A stretch of 64,000 nucleotides of DNA from an uncultured Chloroflexia bacterium (GTDB taxonomy: Bacteria; Chloroflexota; Anaerolineae; B4-G1; SLSP01). Under the pieces are notes generated by a model. It was not told where the DNA came from. It saw only the letters and a program-made list of their open reading frames with translations, and made no database searches. This document shows positions 52,271 through 62,696 of the stretch, in pieces. Positions within the stretch are counted from its first letter, which is position 1; each line of letters begins with the position of its first letter. The position numbers and the translations under genes are program-made. The stretch is from contig CAVVUS010000018.1 in assembly GCA_963751345.1 (NCBI GenBank), positions 96,001 through 160,000 of the forward strand, in the 5' to 3' direction.

Positions 52271-53749
52271 ATGAACATCATTCTGATCATCATAGACACG
52301 CTGCGCTATGACTACGTCCACGCCAACGGCGCGAACGATTGGATCCAAACACCGAACCTGGACGCACTGGCCGCCGAGTCACTGATCTTTGATCGGGCAT
52401 ACCCGGCAAGCTATCCGACAATTCCCTATCGCACCGACGTAATGACAGGGGAGTATGCCTGGCCCTACCAGGGCCCTTTCCATCCCTGGATGCCTTTGCG
52501 TTTTGACGTCCCTACACTGCCGCGGCTGCTGGCGCAGGTTGGCTATGCGACGCAGCTGATTCATGACACACCGCACTTAGTCAACGGCGGGCACGCCTTC
52601 GATTGGCCCTTCGCGGCATGGACCTTCGTGCGCGGTGCCGAGGTGGATCTCCCGTGGATTGATGATGAGGGCCTCACGCCGTTGGCTCACTGGACACGTG
52701 ATCCGCTTTTCGATTACCTTGGCGAGGATGCCGTAGATGATGAGGCGCGGCGGATGCTGCTGACCTATTCTCGGGCGCACCGTAAGACATCGCGTCCAGA
52801 GAAATGGAACACAGCACAGCTCTTCCTCAAGGGTGCTGAGTTCCTACGCGATAATGCCTCACGAGGGCGAAGTCGAGAGGGCAGTTTTTTTCTGTGGCTT
52901 GACTGCTTCGACCCTCACGAGCCCTGGGACGTGCCGCCCGACTTCGTCCGACGATATGATCACACGCCGGGCTACAATGGGCTGATCGACCCCCGTGCCT
53001 TCGGAAAAGCAGCGCGAAGCCCGGCAGACGGCGTCTTTCCGGCAGGCGTCAAGGAGCGGCTGACGGCATACTATGCGGCCAAGGTCACCTGGGTAGATCA
53101 CTGGCTCGGCGAAGTATTGGCTGCATTGGAGGAGACTGGGTTGGATCGCAACACCGCTGTCATTGTGACTGCGGATCACGGCACGAATCTGGGGGAACGG
53201 GGGAGCTTTGGCAAGACCCGACCGGTCAGCGAGCAGGTGGCCCACGTGCCTCTGTTGATTCACCTGCCTGAGGGACCGACGGGACGGAACAGCGAGATCG
53301 TGCAACCACAGGACATCGCCGCAACGATTCTGGGCTTGGCGGCCTGCTCGCTCCCAGAGACGTGGGTAGGTCGGGATCTTCTATCGCCTGAGATGTCGCT
53401 CGCACGTCCGATCGCGCTTACCGGCCCTGCGGTGGGTGCCTGGCGCGCTGACCTGAACGTGCCTCTCTTCTCGCTCTTCGACCCCGAGTGGTATCTGAAC
53501 GTCTTTGCTAATCCCGAAGCCTGTCGTCTCTTCCGCTATGGGTCCGTCGAGGACGTCGCTGGCGACTATCCAGACGTTGTCTCTCGACTGCGTGATGCCG
53601 GGCTTGCCGAAGCTGAGCGGCGCGGCACAGATACTCGCCTGATTGCCTGGTTGCGCAGCGGTGGCGAGGCAACGTTCCCGGAGGAGGTCACACGGTGGCC
53701 TGGCCCTGCGAACTGGCGCTACTACTGGCAGGGGGCCTATCTCGAGTAG
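52271..53749 (+). CDS. Sulfatase-like alkaline phosphatase superfamily hydrolase with Thr at the nucleophile position
   Basis: IIDTLRYD, TPNLD, SYPTIPYR, FDPHEPW and TADHG. Confidence 0.85.
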   Translation: MNIILIIIDTLRYDYVHANGANDWIQTPNLDALAAESLIFDRAYPASYPTIPYRTDVMTGEYAWPYQGPFHPWMPLRFDVPTLPRLLAQVGYATQLIHDTPHLVNGGHAFDWPFAAWTFVRGAEVDLPWIDDEGLTPLAHWTRDPLFDYLGEDAVDDEARRMLLTYSRAHRKTSRPEKWNTAQLFLKGAEFLRDNASRGRSREGSFFLWLDCFDPHEPWDVPPDFVRRYDHTPGYNGLIDPRAFGKAARSPADGVFPAGVKERLTAYYAAKVTWVDHWLGEVLAALEETGLDRNTAVIVTADHGTNLGERGSFGKTRPVSEQVAHVPLLIHLPEGPTGRNSEIVQPQDIAATILGLAACSLPETWVGRDLLSPEMSLARPIALTGPAVGAWRADLNVPLFSLFDPEWYLNVFANPEACRLFRYGSVEDVAGDYPDVVSRLRDAGLAEAERRGTDTRLIAWLRSGGEATFPEEVTRWPGPANWRYYWQGAYLE

Positions 53750-53842
53750 GCTTGGCGCTACGCTCCAGTCGGGTGCCAGGTGAGCCTTTCTAGCGAAGCC
53801 ATGAGCAGGATCTGGGACGGTTGTGTTCTTCGAGGAGTATCT

Positions 53843-54919
53843 ATGGTGCATGAATCCGGGGAGCAGTTTGTGCCCGATTACCGCCATATGGTGGATGTGG
53901 CCTACAATTGGCGGCCTGAACGTTTGCCGTTATACGAGCATTACATCAATCCGGCCTTTATGGAGCAGGCTACGGGCACGCGATTTGAGGAACTGGCGGG
54001 TGGCGACGACCGAGACCTGGCGCGGTTCTTTGCAGTCTACTGCGGTTTCTATAGAGATATGACCTACGATACGGTCTCTTACGAGGTCGGCATCGTGGAT
54101 ATTCTGCCGGGGGGCGGCGCCTTGCTGGGCGAGCATCCTGGTCCAATTCAGAACCGTGCTGACTTCGAGCGGTACCCTTGGGAAGAATCCCCCGCACGAT
54201 TCTGGGCCGTCGCCGAGCGGCGGTTTCAGGCACTGGCTGCAGCCCTGCCGCCGGGAATGAAGGCTCTGGGGGGACCCGGGTATGGCGTTTTCGAGATCGC
54301 TGAGGATCTGGCGGGCTACGAGCACTTGGCCTACATGTCCTTTGACGACCCTGAGCTCTATGCAGACTTGTACCGCCAGATCGGCGACCTGATGGTCACG
54401 ATCTGGCGGAAATTTTCCTGCAACTCTACGCGGATCTCTTCGCCGTCTGCCGCGTCGGCGACGACCAGGGCTACAAGGTCAGCACACTGGTTGCTCCGCG
54501 GGTTATCCGTGCGCATATTGTACCTCAGTATCGAAAGCTCATTGCGCTCGTGCACGCAGCGGGGCGTCCCTTCCTGTGAACTCCTGCGGGAACATTTTCA
54601 GCATTATGGACGACATGATCGACGCCGGCATCGACGCGAAGCACTCCAACGAAGATGTGATTGCGCCCTTCGGTACCTGGATCGAGCGGTTCGGAGATCG
54701 GATCGGCCTCGTCGGCGGCATCGACGTTGATATCTTCTGCCGCGAGACACCCGATCGAATTTATGAACGGGTGGTGGAAATAGGACGCCATTTCCGCCAA
54801 ACGGCGCAGGGCTATGCACTGGGATCTGGAACTCGATCCCCGAGTATGTGCCCGTGGAGGGTTACCTGGCGATGGTCCGAGCAGCTCAAACCCTGCGTGC
54901 CGAGGAGGCCCGAGCGTGA
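53843..54919 (+). CDS. URO-D/MtaA-CmuA family protein, frameshifted
   Basis: DFERYPW, SCGNIFSIMDDMI, KHSNED and GGIDVD; ends NSIPEYVPVEGYLAM. Confidence 0.78.
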
Positions 54920-55004
54920 CGGGTACGGCAAAGCAGCGTATTCGCTGTCTCGGCAAAGACCACGGTTACACACGTCTGACGTACACGTCCATTGTGTAAG
55001 CTAG

Positions 55005-56198
55005 TTGGGAGGGGTAACCGAGCTGTCTTGCAGCACCAGAACGGGCCCTGTGCCTTCGCGGGTGTCGGTGAGCCTGTTCTACCTCTGTTTCTATGGCGCG
55101 CTGGGTTCGCTGGGCCCGTTTCTATACCTCTCGTATCGGCGCCATGGCCTCTCGGCTCCGCAGATCGGCATCGTGATTGCGGTAGCCCACGTGATGAACC
55201 TGATCTCGGCGCCTATCTGGGGGGCGCTGAACGATACGCCGTCGGTTCGCTGCAGGATTCCCCTTCTGTCGGTGGCTTGCCTCGGTGCGGGTCCGAGCAT
55301 CCTCGTACTACAGGCCGCGCACGGCTTCTTCCCAACGATTGCCGCAGTGATTCTGTGGGGGTTCTTCGCAGGCCCTATCATCTCGCTTGCCGACGCAGCA
55401 ACGCTGGCAATCCTCAAGGGCGATCGTCATACATTCGGTCGCGTGCGTGTGTGGGGCTCGGTGGGAACCGTGGCAGCCAGTCTGCTGATCGGGATCGTGG
55501 GTGAGCAAGTCGGGATCAGTATTATGTTTCCCGTATATGTGGGGCTGTTGATACTCTGTGTTGGTCTTGCCTTATTGCTCCCGAGAACCGGCAATCCCCG
55601 ACACACAAAGCCAACCGGCGGCACGCTTCATCGGTTGGTGGGATCTGGTTTTTTCGTTTTCCTCTGTGCTATCCTGCTCCTCGACACTGCCAACATGATG
55701 TGGCGAACCACGTATGCGCTGCACCTCGACGATCTTGGTCTAGGGGTCGGACTTATCGGTGGCTTCTTCGCGCTGAGTTCGCTGGTTGAAATCCCGCTGG
55801 TGGCATTATCCAGGGAGTGGCTCGGTCGCCACGGGGCAGGTCGAGCGATGGTCACTGCTTTCTCTACATATGTACTGCTCTGGTTAGGATGGAGTATGGT
55901 GCAATCCGGGCCCGTCGTGCTCGCCTTGGCAATCATACACGGCTTCTCATTTGCTGTACTTCAGGTGGCGGCTGTGGTTCGGATCAATGAACTCGTGCCT
56001 GCCACGCATCTGGGCCTTGCACTGGGGCTATATGCCGCCTCCAGTCGTGGGGTGGGCTCAGTGTTGGGTTCTTTGAGCGGGGGCGCGCTCTACGACAACG
56101 TCGGGGGTAGTAGCCTATACATACTGTCCGCGCTCCTTGGCTTGATAGCGATTGGGATCCTGACGAGGCTTCCCCGTATACAGAGGGGGGCCGTGTAG
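55005..56198 (+). CDS. MFS transporter (start uncertain)
   Basis: ~12 TM helices, FGRVRVWGSVG and LVEIP. Confidence 0.82.
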   Translation: MGGVTELSCSTRTGPVPSRVSVSLFYLCFYGALGSLGPFLYLSYRRHGLSAPQIGIVIAVAHVMNLISAPIWGALNDTPSVRCRIPLLSVACLGAGPSILVLQAAHGFFPTIAAVILWGFFAGPIISLADAATLAILKGDRHTFGRVRVWGSVGTVAASLLIGIVGEQVGISIMFPVYVGLLILCVGLALLLPRTGNPRHTKPTGGTLHRLVGSGFFVFLCAILLLDTANMMWRTTYALHLDDLGLGVGLIGGFFALSSLVEIPLVALSREWLGRHGAGRAMVTAFSTYVLLWLGWSMVQSGPVVLALAIIHGFSFAVLQVAAVVRINELVPATHLGLALGLYAASSRGVGSVLGSLSGGALYDNVGGSSLYILSALLGLIAIGILTRLPRIQRGAV

Positions 56199-56242
56199 TC
56201 AGTGAACCGTCCGTGTGATTCGCTTGGTGGAGGTGTGCTCTG

Positions 56243-58549
56243 ATGCGGTCTTTTTCCTTGGATGGCACTTGGGAACTCTACGGTAGTCCTGAGGTCGGCA
56301 GTCCGCTACGGCAACCCGCTGATCTTGCCGATCATTCTGATCTCTGGGTAACAGGACAAGTCCCGGGCAACGTGGAGCTAGACCTGGTTCGGGCTGGCGA
56401 GCTCCCCGATCCCTTCTTCGGGGACAACATCCAAAGACTGCAGCCTTACGAGCTTTATGAGTGGTGGTATCAGCGTGAGTTTGACGCTCCGCCGCTGCGG
56501 GTAGGTCAGCGAGCCGAGCTGGTCTTCGACGGCGCTGACTGCATCGCGCCCTACTGGGTCAACGGCATCGAGATCGGGCGGTCCGCGAATGCGCTGATCG
56601 AGCATCGCTTCGACGTCCAGACGGCCCTCCGACCTGGCGCGACGAACACGTTGACGGTGCGGTTGGGCTCGCCGGTCCTCGAGGCACTGCGCCATCCCTA
56701 CGATCCGTCGCTTGAGACCTGGGGGTTCGGTGAGGACCGGTTGTGGGTGCGGAAGGCAGCTCATAGTTATGGCTGGGACATCATGCCGCGAGCCTTGTCG
56801 GCGGGTCTGTGGCGCGGTGTTGAGCTCCGGGTACATGACGAGAGCGAGATCGATGACCTCTACGTCTTCACCCAGGCTCTGACGCCGGAGCGCGCTACGA
56901 TGGGGCTCTACATCGAAGTAACCACAGCGCCTGAACGCTTACTGGGCCTCCGTGTGCGCGTGCAGGGACGCTGCGGTGCGTCCAGTTTTGACATCTGCAG
57001 TCCCTTGCGTTTCAAGGCCAGCACACTCAGCTTCGAGGTGCCCGACCCCGAGCTGTGGTGGCCTGCGGGCTATGGTGAGGCGGCTCTGTATGAGGCTACC
57101 GTCCAGCTCCTGTGGCAGGACGAGGTCATTTCGGAGCGTACGACGACCTTTGGCATTCGCACCGTGACGCTGGAGCGTACGGATGTCACGAGTCGGGAGG
57201 ATCCAGGCGAGTTCCTCTTTCGGGTCAACGATACTCCGATCCTGTGCAAGGGCACCAATTGGGTGCCTGTCGATGCCTTCCACAGCCGCGATGCTCAACG
57301 GCTTCCTGACATCTTGGCCATGACAGTGGACCTCGGCTGCAACATCATCCGCTGTTGGGGAGGCAACGTCTACGAGGACCACGACTTCTACGATCTCTGT
57401 GATCGCCACGGAATTCTGGTGTGGCAAGACTTCGCCATGGCGTGCGGTCGATATCCTCAAACGCAGGAGTTCCGCTCAGCGATTCGAGACGAGGCCGTGG
57501 TAGTGATCCGCAAACTGAGGGGTCATCCTTCCCTGGCTTTGTGGTGCGGCGACAACGAGTGCGATATGCTCTATCCAGACCCTGAGAACAACCGCATCAC
57601 TCGTGACACGCTGCCCGGCGCTGTCTTCCAGGCCGATCCTTTCCGCCCCTATCTGCCTAGTTCGCCCTACATCAGTCCGGCGGCCGCGTCCCATGCCGAG
57701 CGGGACAGGACTTCGCCCGAGCAACACCTATGGGGCCCCAGAGACTACTACAAGAGCGAGTTCTATACCCAGCATATTGCCCACTTCGTCAGCGAGATCG
57801 GCTACCACGGGTGTCCCAATCTCTCGTCCATTCAACGGTTCATCGATGCTGAGCATCTTTGGCCTTGGCAGAACAACGATCAATGGATCACCCATTGCAC
57901 GGCGCCGGCCGGAAGGGACGATGAGCGCCAATATCGCGTCGAATTGATGGCGAACCAGATCAAGGAGCTCTTCGGCATTGAACCTGGCGATCTGGAGACC
58001 TTCATCCTGGCTTCGCAGATCTCGCAGGCCGAGGCCAAGAAGTTCTTCATCGAGATGACGCGTCTCAAGAAATGGCGCCGGACGGGCGTCATCTGGTGGA
58101 ACCTGATGGACGGCTGGCCTCAGTTCTCAGATGCGGTCGTCGACTACTACTTTGGCAAGAAGCTCGCCTACCACTACATCAAGCGCGCACAGTTGCCCGT
58201 CTGCCTGATGATCGACGAGCCGGAGAACTGGCACGTGGACCTGGTGGTGGGCAATGACACCCGCACCGACAGCCGTGGCACCTATCGCGTCCGCGACGCG
58301 GACAGCGGCGAGACGCTGCTGTCCGGAGCCTTCGGCAGCCGCGCCAACAGCAATGCCTCGCTCGGCGCGATCCGGGTCTCCCGAAGCGATCAGCGTCTCT
58401 TCCTCATTGACTGGTCAATCGAAGGCGTGACCTACGGAAACCACTACCTCCTGGGCACGCCGCCCTTCTCGTTGGAGCGCTACCGCGGGTGGCTTGTAGA
58501 GATTGCCAAGCTTCCTTCCGGCTTCGACGTTGCCAGCGTCGGTCGCTAG
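56243..58549 (+). CDS. GH2 glycoside hydrolase (beta-mannosidase-like)
   Basis: YGWD, LWWP.GYG, KGTNWVP, RCWGG, WQDF, WCGDNE and SEIG. Confidence 0.9.
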   Translation: MRSFSLDGTWELYGSPEVGSPLRQPADLADHSDLWVTGQVPGNVELDLVRAGELPDPFFGDNIQRLQPYELYEWWYQREFDAPPLRVGQRAELVFDGADCIAPYWVNGIEIGRSANALIEHRFDVQTALRPGATNTLTVRLGSPVLEALRHPYDPSLETWGFGEDRLWVRKAAHSYGWDIMPRALSAGLWRGVELRVHDESEIDDLYVFTQALTPERATMGLYIEVTTAPERLLGLRVRVQGRCGASSFDICSPLRFKASTLSFEVPDPELWWPAGYGEAALYEATVQLLWQDEVISERTTTFGIRTVTLERTDVTSREDPGEFLFRVNDTPILCKGTNWVPVDAFHSRDAQRLPDILAMTVDLGCNIIRCWGGNVYEDHDFYDLCDRHGILVWQDFAMACGRYPQTQEFRSAIRDEAVVVIRKLRGHPSLALWCGDNECDMLYPDPENNRITRDTLPGAVFQADPFRPYLPSSPYISPAAASHAERDRTSPEQHLWGPRDYYKSEFYTQHIAHFVSEIGYHGCPNLSSIQRFIDAEHLWPWQNNDQWITHCTAPAGRDDERQYRVELMANQIKELFGIEPGDLETFILASQISQAEAKKFFIEMTRLKKWRRTGVIWWNLMDGWPQFSDAVVDYYFGKKLAYHYIKRAQLPVCLMIDEPENWHVDLVVGNDTRTDSRGTYRVRDADSGETLLSGAFGSRANSNASLGAIRVSRSDQRLFLIDWSIEGVTYGNHYLLGTPPFSLERYRGWLVEIAKLPSGFDVASVGR

Positions 58550-58714
58550 GTTTGCTGACCCACTCAGACCGTCAGATGTGTAGGCTGGGACGTTCTATTG
58601 GAGTGAAGACCTAGATGGAACGATCGTAACCTTCGCCAGTCAGTCTCCTTTTCACGTACGTTCAGTCCTGCCGGACCCTCGACGGTCAGACCCTGATCTT
58701 TTGTGGTATCATGA

Positions 58715-59911
<1,197 letters not shown>

Positions 59912-59932
59912 GTAGTGAAAGGTAGGTATCGA

Positions 59933-60847
59933 GTGGAAAGATTGTCACGCAATGACCCATGCTGGTGCGGGAGCGGCAAGAAGTACAAGCACTGCCATCT
60001 GAAACAGGACCTCGCGCGGAACCATGCGCGCCGTCAGGTGGCAGCCCGCAGAAGTCGTGAGGTCATCATCAAGACCGAGGAGCAAATTGAGGGTATCCGT
60101 AAATCCTGCTATCTGACGCGTGATATCCTGGATAGTCTGCAGGGCCGAATAGTGGCGGGCATCACGACGGAGCAGATCAACACGTGGGTTCACAATATGA
60201 CCGTTGCCGCGGGTGCCATCCCGGCGCCCCTCAACTATCGCGGCTATCCGAAGAGCGTCTGTACGTCGATCAATGAGGTGATCTGTCACGGCATCCCCTC
60301 ACCTGAGCGTGTTCTCCAGGAGGGGGACATTCTCAACGTTGACGTGACCTCGATCCTGGATGGCTATTACGGAGACTCCAGCCGGATGTTCTTGATCGGC
60401 GAGGTTTCCGATGCCGCCCGGCAATTGGTAGAGGTGACTCGACGTTCGATGTATCTGGGTATCGAACAGGTCAAACCGGGCAACACGATTGGCGACATTG
60501 GCCACGCTATTCAGGTGTATGCTGAGTCCTTCGGGTATTCGGTGGTGCGCGCCTTTGTGGGGCACGGCACGGGCGTGGATTTCCACGAGGCCCCCGACGT
60601 GCCGCACTATGGCGAGCCCGGGACCGGGTTGACCCTGGTGCCCAACATGGTCTTCACCATCGAGCCAATGATCAACATCGGGAGCTACAAGGCCACAGTA
60701 CTGGAGGATGGCTGGACGGCAGTGACGTCGGACGGTGCGCTGTCGGCGCAGTGGGAACATACCGTCCTGGTCACCGAGGACGGTGTCGAGATCATGACGG
60801 CGTCGTCGGATACTAATCAACAAACCGCTTGGGAAGGAGACGTGTGA
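59933..60847 (+). CDS. map: Methionine aminopeptidase type I with an N-terminal SEC-C motif
   Basis: RNDPCWCGSGKKYKHCH, CTSINEVICHGIP, FTIEPMIN and SAQWEHT. Confidence 0.93.
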   Translation: MERLSRNDPCWCGSGKKYKHCHLKQDLARNHARRQVAARRSREVIIKTEEQIEGIRKSCYLTRDILDSLQGRIVAGITTEQINTWVHNMTVAAGAIPAPLNYRGYPKSVCTSINEVICHGIPSPERVLQEGDILNVDVTSILDGYYGDSSRMFLIGEVSDAARQLVEVTRRSMYLGIEQVKPGNTIGDIGHAIQVYAESFGYSVVRAFVGHGTGVDFHEAPDVPHYGEPGTGLTLVPNMVFTIEPMINIGSYKATVLEDGWTAVTSDGALSAQWEHTVLVTEDGVEIMTASSDTNQQTAWEGDV

Positions 60848-61140
60848 TGCAGGGGGACTCAAACGAGATTCGCAAAGGATTGCGGGACGTAATCGACTTC
60901 GAGATCGGGCTGGACGTGGTATCGCTCGGCATGATCCGCGATATCAGCACGGAGGGTGATAAGGTCACCATTACTATGATCCTCACCTCGCCCATGTGCC
61001 CAATGGCCTCGTTTATGATGAACCAGGTCAGGGATCGGGCCGCCGAGCTATCCGATAAGCCCGTGGAGGTCGTCATGGGCAAGGAGATGTGGAAGCCCGA
61101 CATGATGGAAGGGGAGGCGCGCGAAGCCTTAGGCATTTGA
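60847..61140 (+). CDS. DUF59 / SufT-like metal-sulfur cluster assembly factor
   Basis: VIDFEIGLDVVSLGMI, MILTSPMCPM and WKPDMM. Confidence 0.85.
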   Translation: MQGDSNEIRKGLRDVIDFEIGLDVVSLGMIRDISTEGDKVTITMILTSPMCPMASFMMNQVRDRAAELSDKPVEVVMGKEMWKPDMMEGEAREALGI

Positions 61141-61158
61141 TGGGCGTGCGTCCTGCGC

Positions 61159-61186
61159 TTGACATTTTCGTCTAGCTGGTGATAAT
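61159..61186 (+). promoter_or_regulatory. Promoter of the pheST leader
   Basis: TTGACA-N16-GATAAT just upstream of the T-box. Confidence 0.55.
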
Positions 61187-61208
61187 AAAGGTTAGTTGAA
61201 TCTCTTCA

Positions 61209-61528
61209 AAGGCATGGACGAGGAGAAGTAGTCGGGCGGCACCTGACAGGGAAGTGTGGTCGGAGACTGAGAGCCACACCCAGCGAAAGCTCGATGAAGT
61301 TCGCCTCTGAGCTGACCATTCAACGATTCCCGTCTGGGGAGTCAAGTAGATGGCTCCGCGAGCCCGGCGTTATTTGGGCAACCCATCGTCAGGGCCGGAG
61401 ATGTCCGGATGATTGTGGGGGAGGGGTTCTGTAAGCGTTCTCTGATTGTTTCGAGCGCCGCAGAACAAGCAGGGTGGTACCGCGGGAGCTACGCTCTCGT
61501 CCCGGCAAGGGACGAGAGCGTTTTTGTT
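61209..61528 (+). ncRNA. T-box riboswitch (Phe) upstream of pheST
   Basis: Stem I with ACTGAGAG loop, specifier gaagTTC (Phe, 61300-61302), T-box AAGCAGGGTGGTACCGCG, terminator acgctctcgtccc-ggcaa-gggacgagagcg-ttttt. Confidence 0.92.
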
Positions 61529-61535
61529 GCGTTTT

Positions 61536-61575
61536 CACGTGCAAACGTACGAACGTTTACACGTTTCAACGGTTT
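61536..61575. repeat. Five tandem degenerate 8-mers with an ACG(T) core
   Basis: cacgtgca aacgtacg aacgttta cacgtttc aacggttt. Confidence 0.6.
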
Positions 61576-61593
61576 AGTTGAAGGGGGTGGACA

Positions 61594-62685
61594 ATGAGTT
61601 CGTTTGAGGAACTGGAGCAGATTCGTGAGCAGGCGCTGGCCGATCTGACCGCCGCCTCGACGACACGCGCGCTTGAGGACTGGGAGGCGCGATTCCTCGG
61701 CCGCAAGGGCGAGATCACGCAGCGGGCGCGTCAGGTGGGCCAGATGTCCAAGGAAGATCGTCCGGCTTATGGGCAGCGGGTCAACGAGATCAAGCAACTC
61801 CTGCTCCGGGCTTATGAGACGCGGCTGGAGGAGATCCGCCAGGCGGAGGTCGCTCAGCAGCTTGCCTCTGAGACGATCGACGTGACGCTGCCGGGGCGCC
61901 CGGTGGTGCCCGGACACCTACACCTCACGACCCAGGCGCTGCGGCAGCTCTACGACATCTTCGCGAAGATGGGCTTCGAGGTCTATGAGGCGCCGGATGT
62001 CGAGCTGGAGGCGTATAACTTCGATCTGCTCAACATCCCGGAGTACCATCCGGCGCGCGATATGTGGGACACCTTCTGGGTCAAGGATTCGCTACTCGGC
62101 CCTAAGAGCCCTTCGACCGGTGGCGCTGCGAGTGAGGCCAAGCTGAGCAACCGGCGCCTGCTCCGCACCCACACCTCACCCGGTCAGATCAGGGCCATGC
62201 GCGAGCGCTGTCCCGATCCGATCCGCGTGATCCTGCCGGGGAAGTGCTACCGCTACGAGCAGATCACGGTCAGGTCCGAGCACCAGTTCTACCAGCTCGA
62301 GGGACTCGCCGTAGGTCGAGGGATCACGATGACGGACCTCATCGGCACGATGACCCAGTTTGCACGGCTCTACTATGGGCCGGACGAGGAGGTCCGCGTG
62401 CGCAGTTCGTACTTCCCTTTCACCGAGCCGAGTGTTGAGCTGGATGCGGCCTGTGTCCTCTGTCACGGCGCCGGTTGCGCGGTCTGCAAATACACGGGCT
62501 GGTTGGAACTTGCCGGTGCCGGGATGGTACATCCTGTCGTGCTCGAGAACGGTGGCTACGACCCCGAAACCTGGAGCGGCTTCGCCTTTGGGTTTGGCGT
62601 CGAGCGACCTGCGATGCTGAGATACAGCGTTGAGGATATCCGTCTATTCTATGGGAACGATTTGCGGTTCCTGCGGCAATTCTAG
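61594..62685 (+). CDS. pheS: Phenylalanyl-tRNA synthetase alpha subunit
   Basis: HPARDMWDTF, LLRTHTS, YFPFTEPS and GFAFGFGVER. Confidence 0.97.
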   Translation: MSSFEELEQIREQALADLTAASTTRALEDWEARFLGRKGEITQRARQVGQMSKEDRPAYGQRVNEIKQLLLRAYETRLEEIRQAEVAQQLASETIDVTLPGRPVVPGHLHLTTQALRQLYDIFAKMGFEVYEAPDVELEAYNFDLLNIPEYHPARDMWDTFWVKDSLLGPKSPSTGGAASEAKLSNRRLLRTHTSPGQIRAMRERCPDPIRVILPGKCYRYEQITVRSEHQFYQLEGLAVGRGITMTDLIGTMTQFARLYYGPDEEVRVRSSYFPFTEPSVELDAACVLCHGAGCAVCKYTGWLELAGAGMVHPVVLENGGYDPETWSGFAFGFGVERPAMLRYSVEDIRLFYGNDLRFLRQF

Positions 62686-62696
62686 GGAGGCCAACC

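Noticed and set aside
61531-61546. parS-like GTTTTCACGTGCAAAC
   Set aside because: Five mismatches to the consensus; better explained as part of the octamer array.
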